This document shows, piece after piece, positions 63,943-64,000 of a DNA stretch of 64,000 nt (position 1 is its first letter; the number at the start of each line of letters is the position of its first letter). The stretch is from contig NIVC01001050.1 in assembly GCA_002269645.1 (NCBI GenBank), positions 121,683 to 185,682 on the forward strand. Direction: 5' to 3'. This DNA is from Macrostomum lignano (taxonomy: Eukaryota). Made by a program: the position numbers and the translations under genes. The notes beneath the pieces are model-generated. The model had not been told where the DNA came from, did no database searches, and saw nothing but the letters and a program-made list of their open reading frames with translations.

Positions 63943-64000
63943 GTAAGTTTCGCTTGGTTTAATTCAGTGATCACTTCAAATTGATAAATTCATTTCTAAG

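Overview
Eukaryotic, intron-rich animal genomic DNA that is very rich in tandem repeats. A lophotrochozoan, e.g. a Macrostomum-like flatworm, is my inference and is not demonstrated. Genes from left to right: the first two coding exons of a transmembrane adenylate cyclase (minus strand, continues beyond base 1); an intronless gene for a putative secreted Cys-containing protein; three exons of a Rab34/Rab36-type GTPase ending in a CC prenylation motif; and, from 19.2 kb to the window end, an array of five 12-exon ionotropic glutamate receptor (iGluR)-superfamily genes (A +, B -, C +, D +, E +). A-D reconstruct as complete open frames of 832-841 aa; the last exon of E lies outside the window. 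The standout observation is that a ~1.75-kb block encoding the amino-terminal domain (ATD), introns included, is almost identical in all five paralogs. In contrast the signal peptides, ligand-binding domains, channel exons and downstream introns are strongly diverged, the reverse of the usual iGluR conservation pattern. The ATD block is a mosaic with two alternative exon-3/intron-3 versions and sits in both inverted and direct orientations. The ligand pocket and the M3 gate motif are non-canonical, and every complete paralog ends in a conserved CaaX-like tail. Between the genes are a 5'-inverted (twin-priming-type) RNase H-bearing LINE with a 15-bp target-site duplication, a decayed Ginger/Gypsy-type integrase, two tRNA-derived SINE families, several MITEs and many micro/minisatellites, some filling nearly whole introns. 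All identities and alignments were made by eye.
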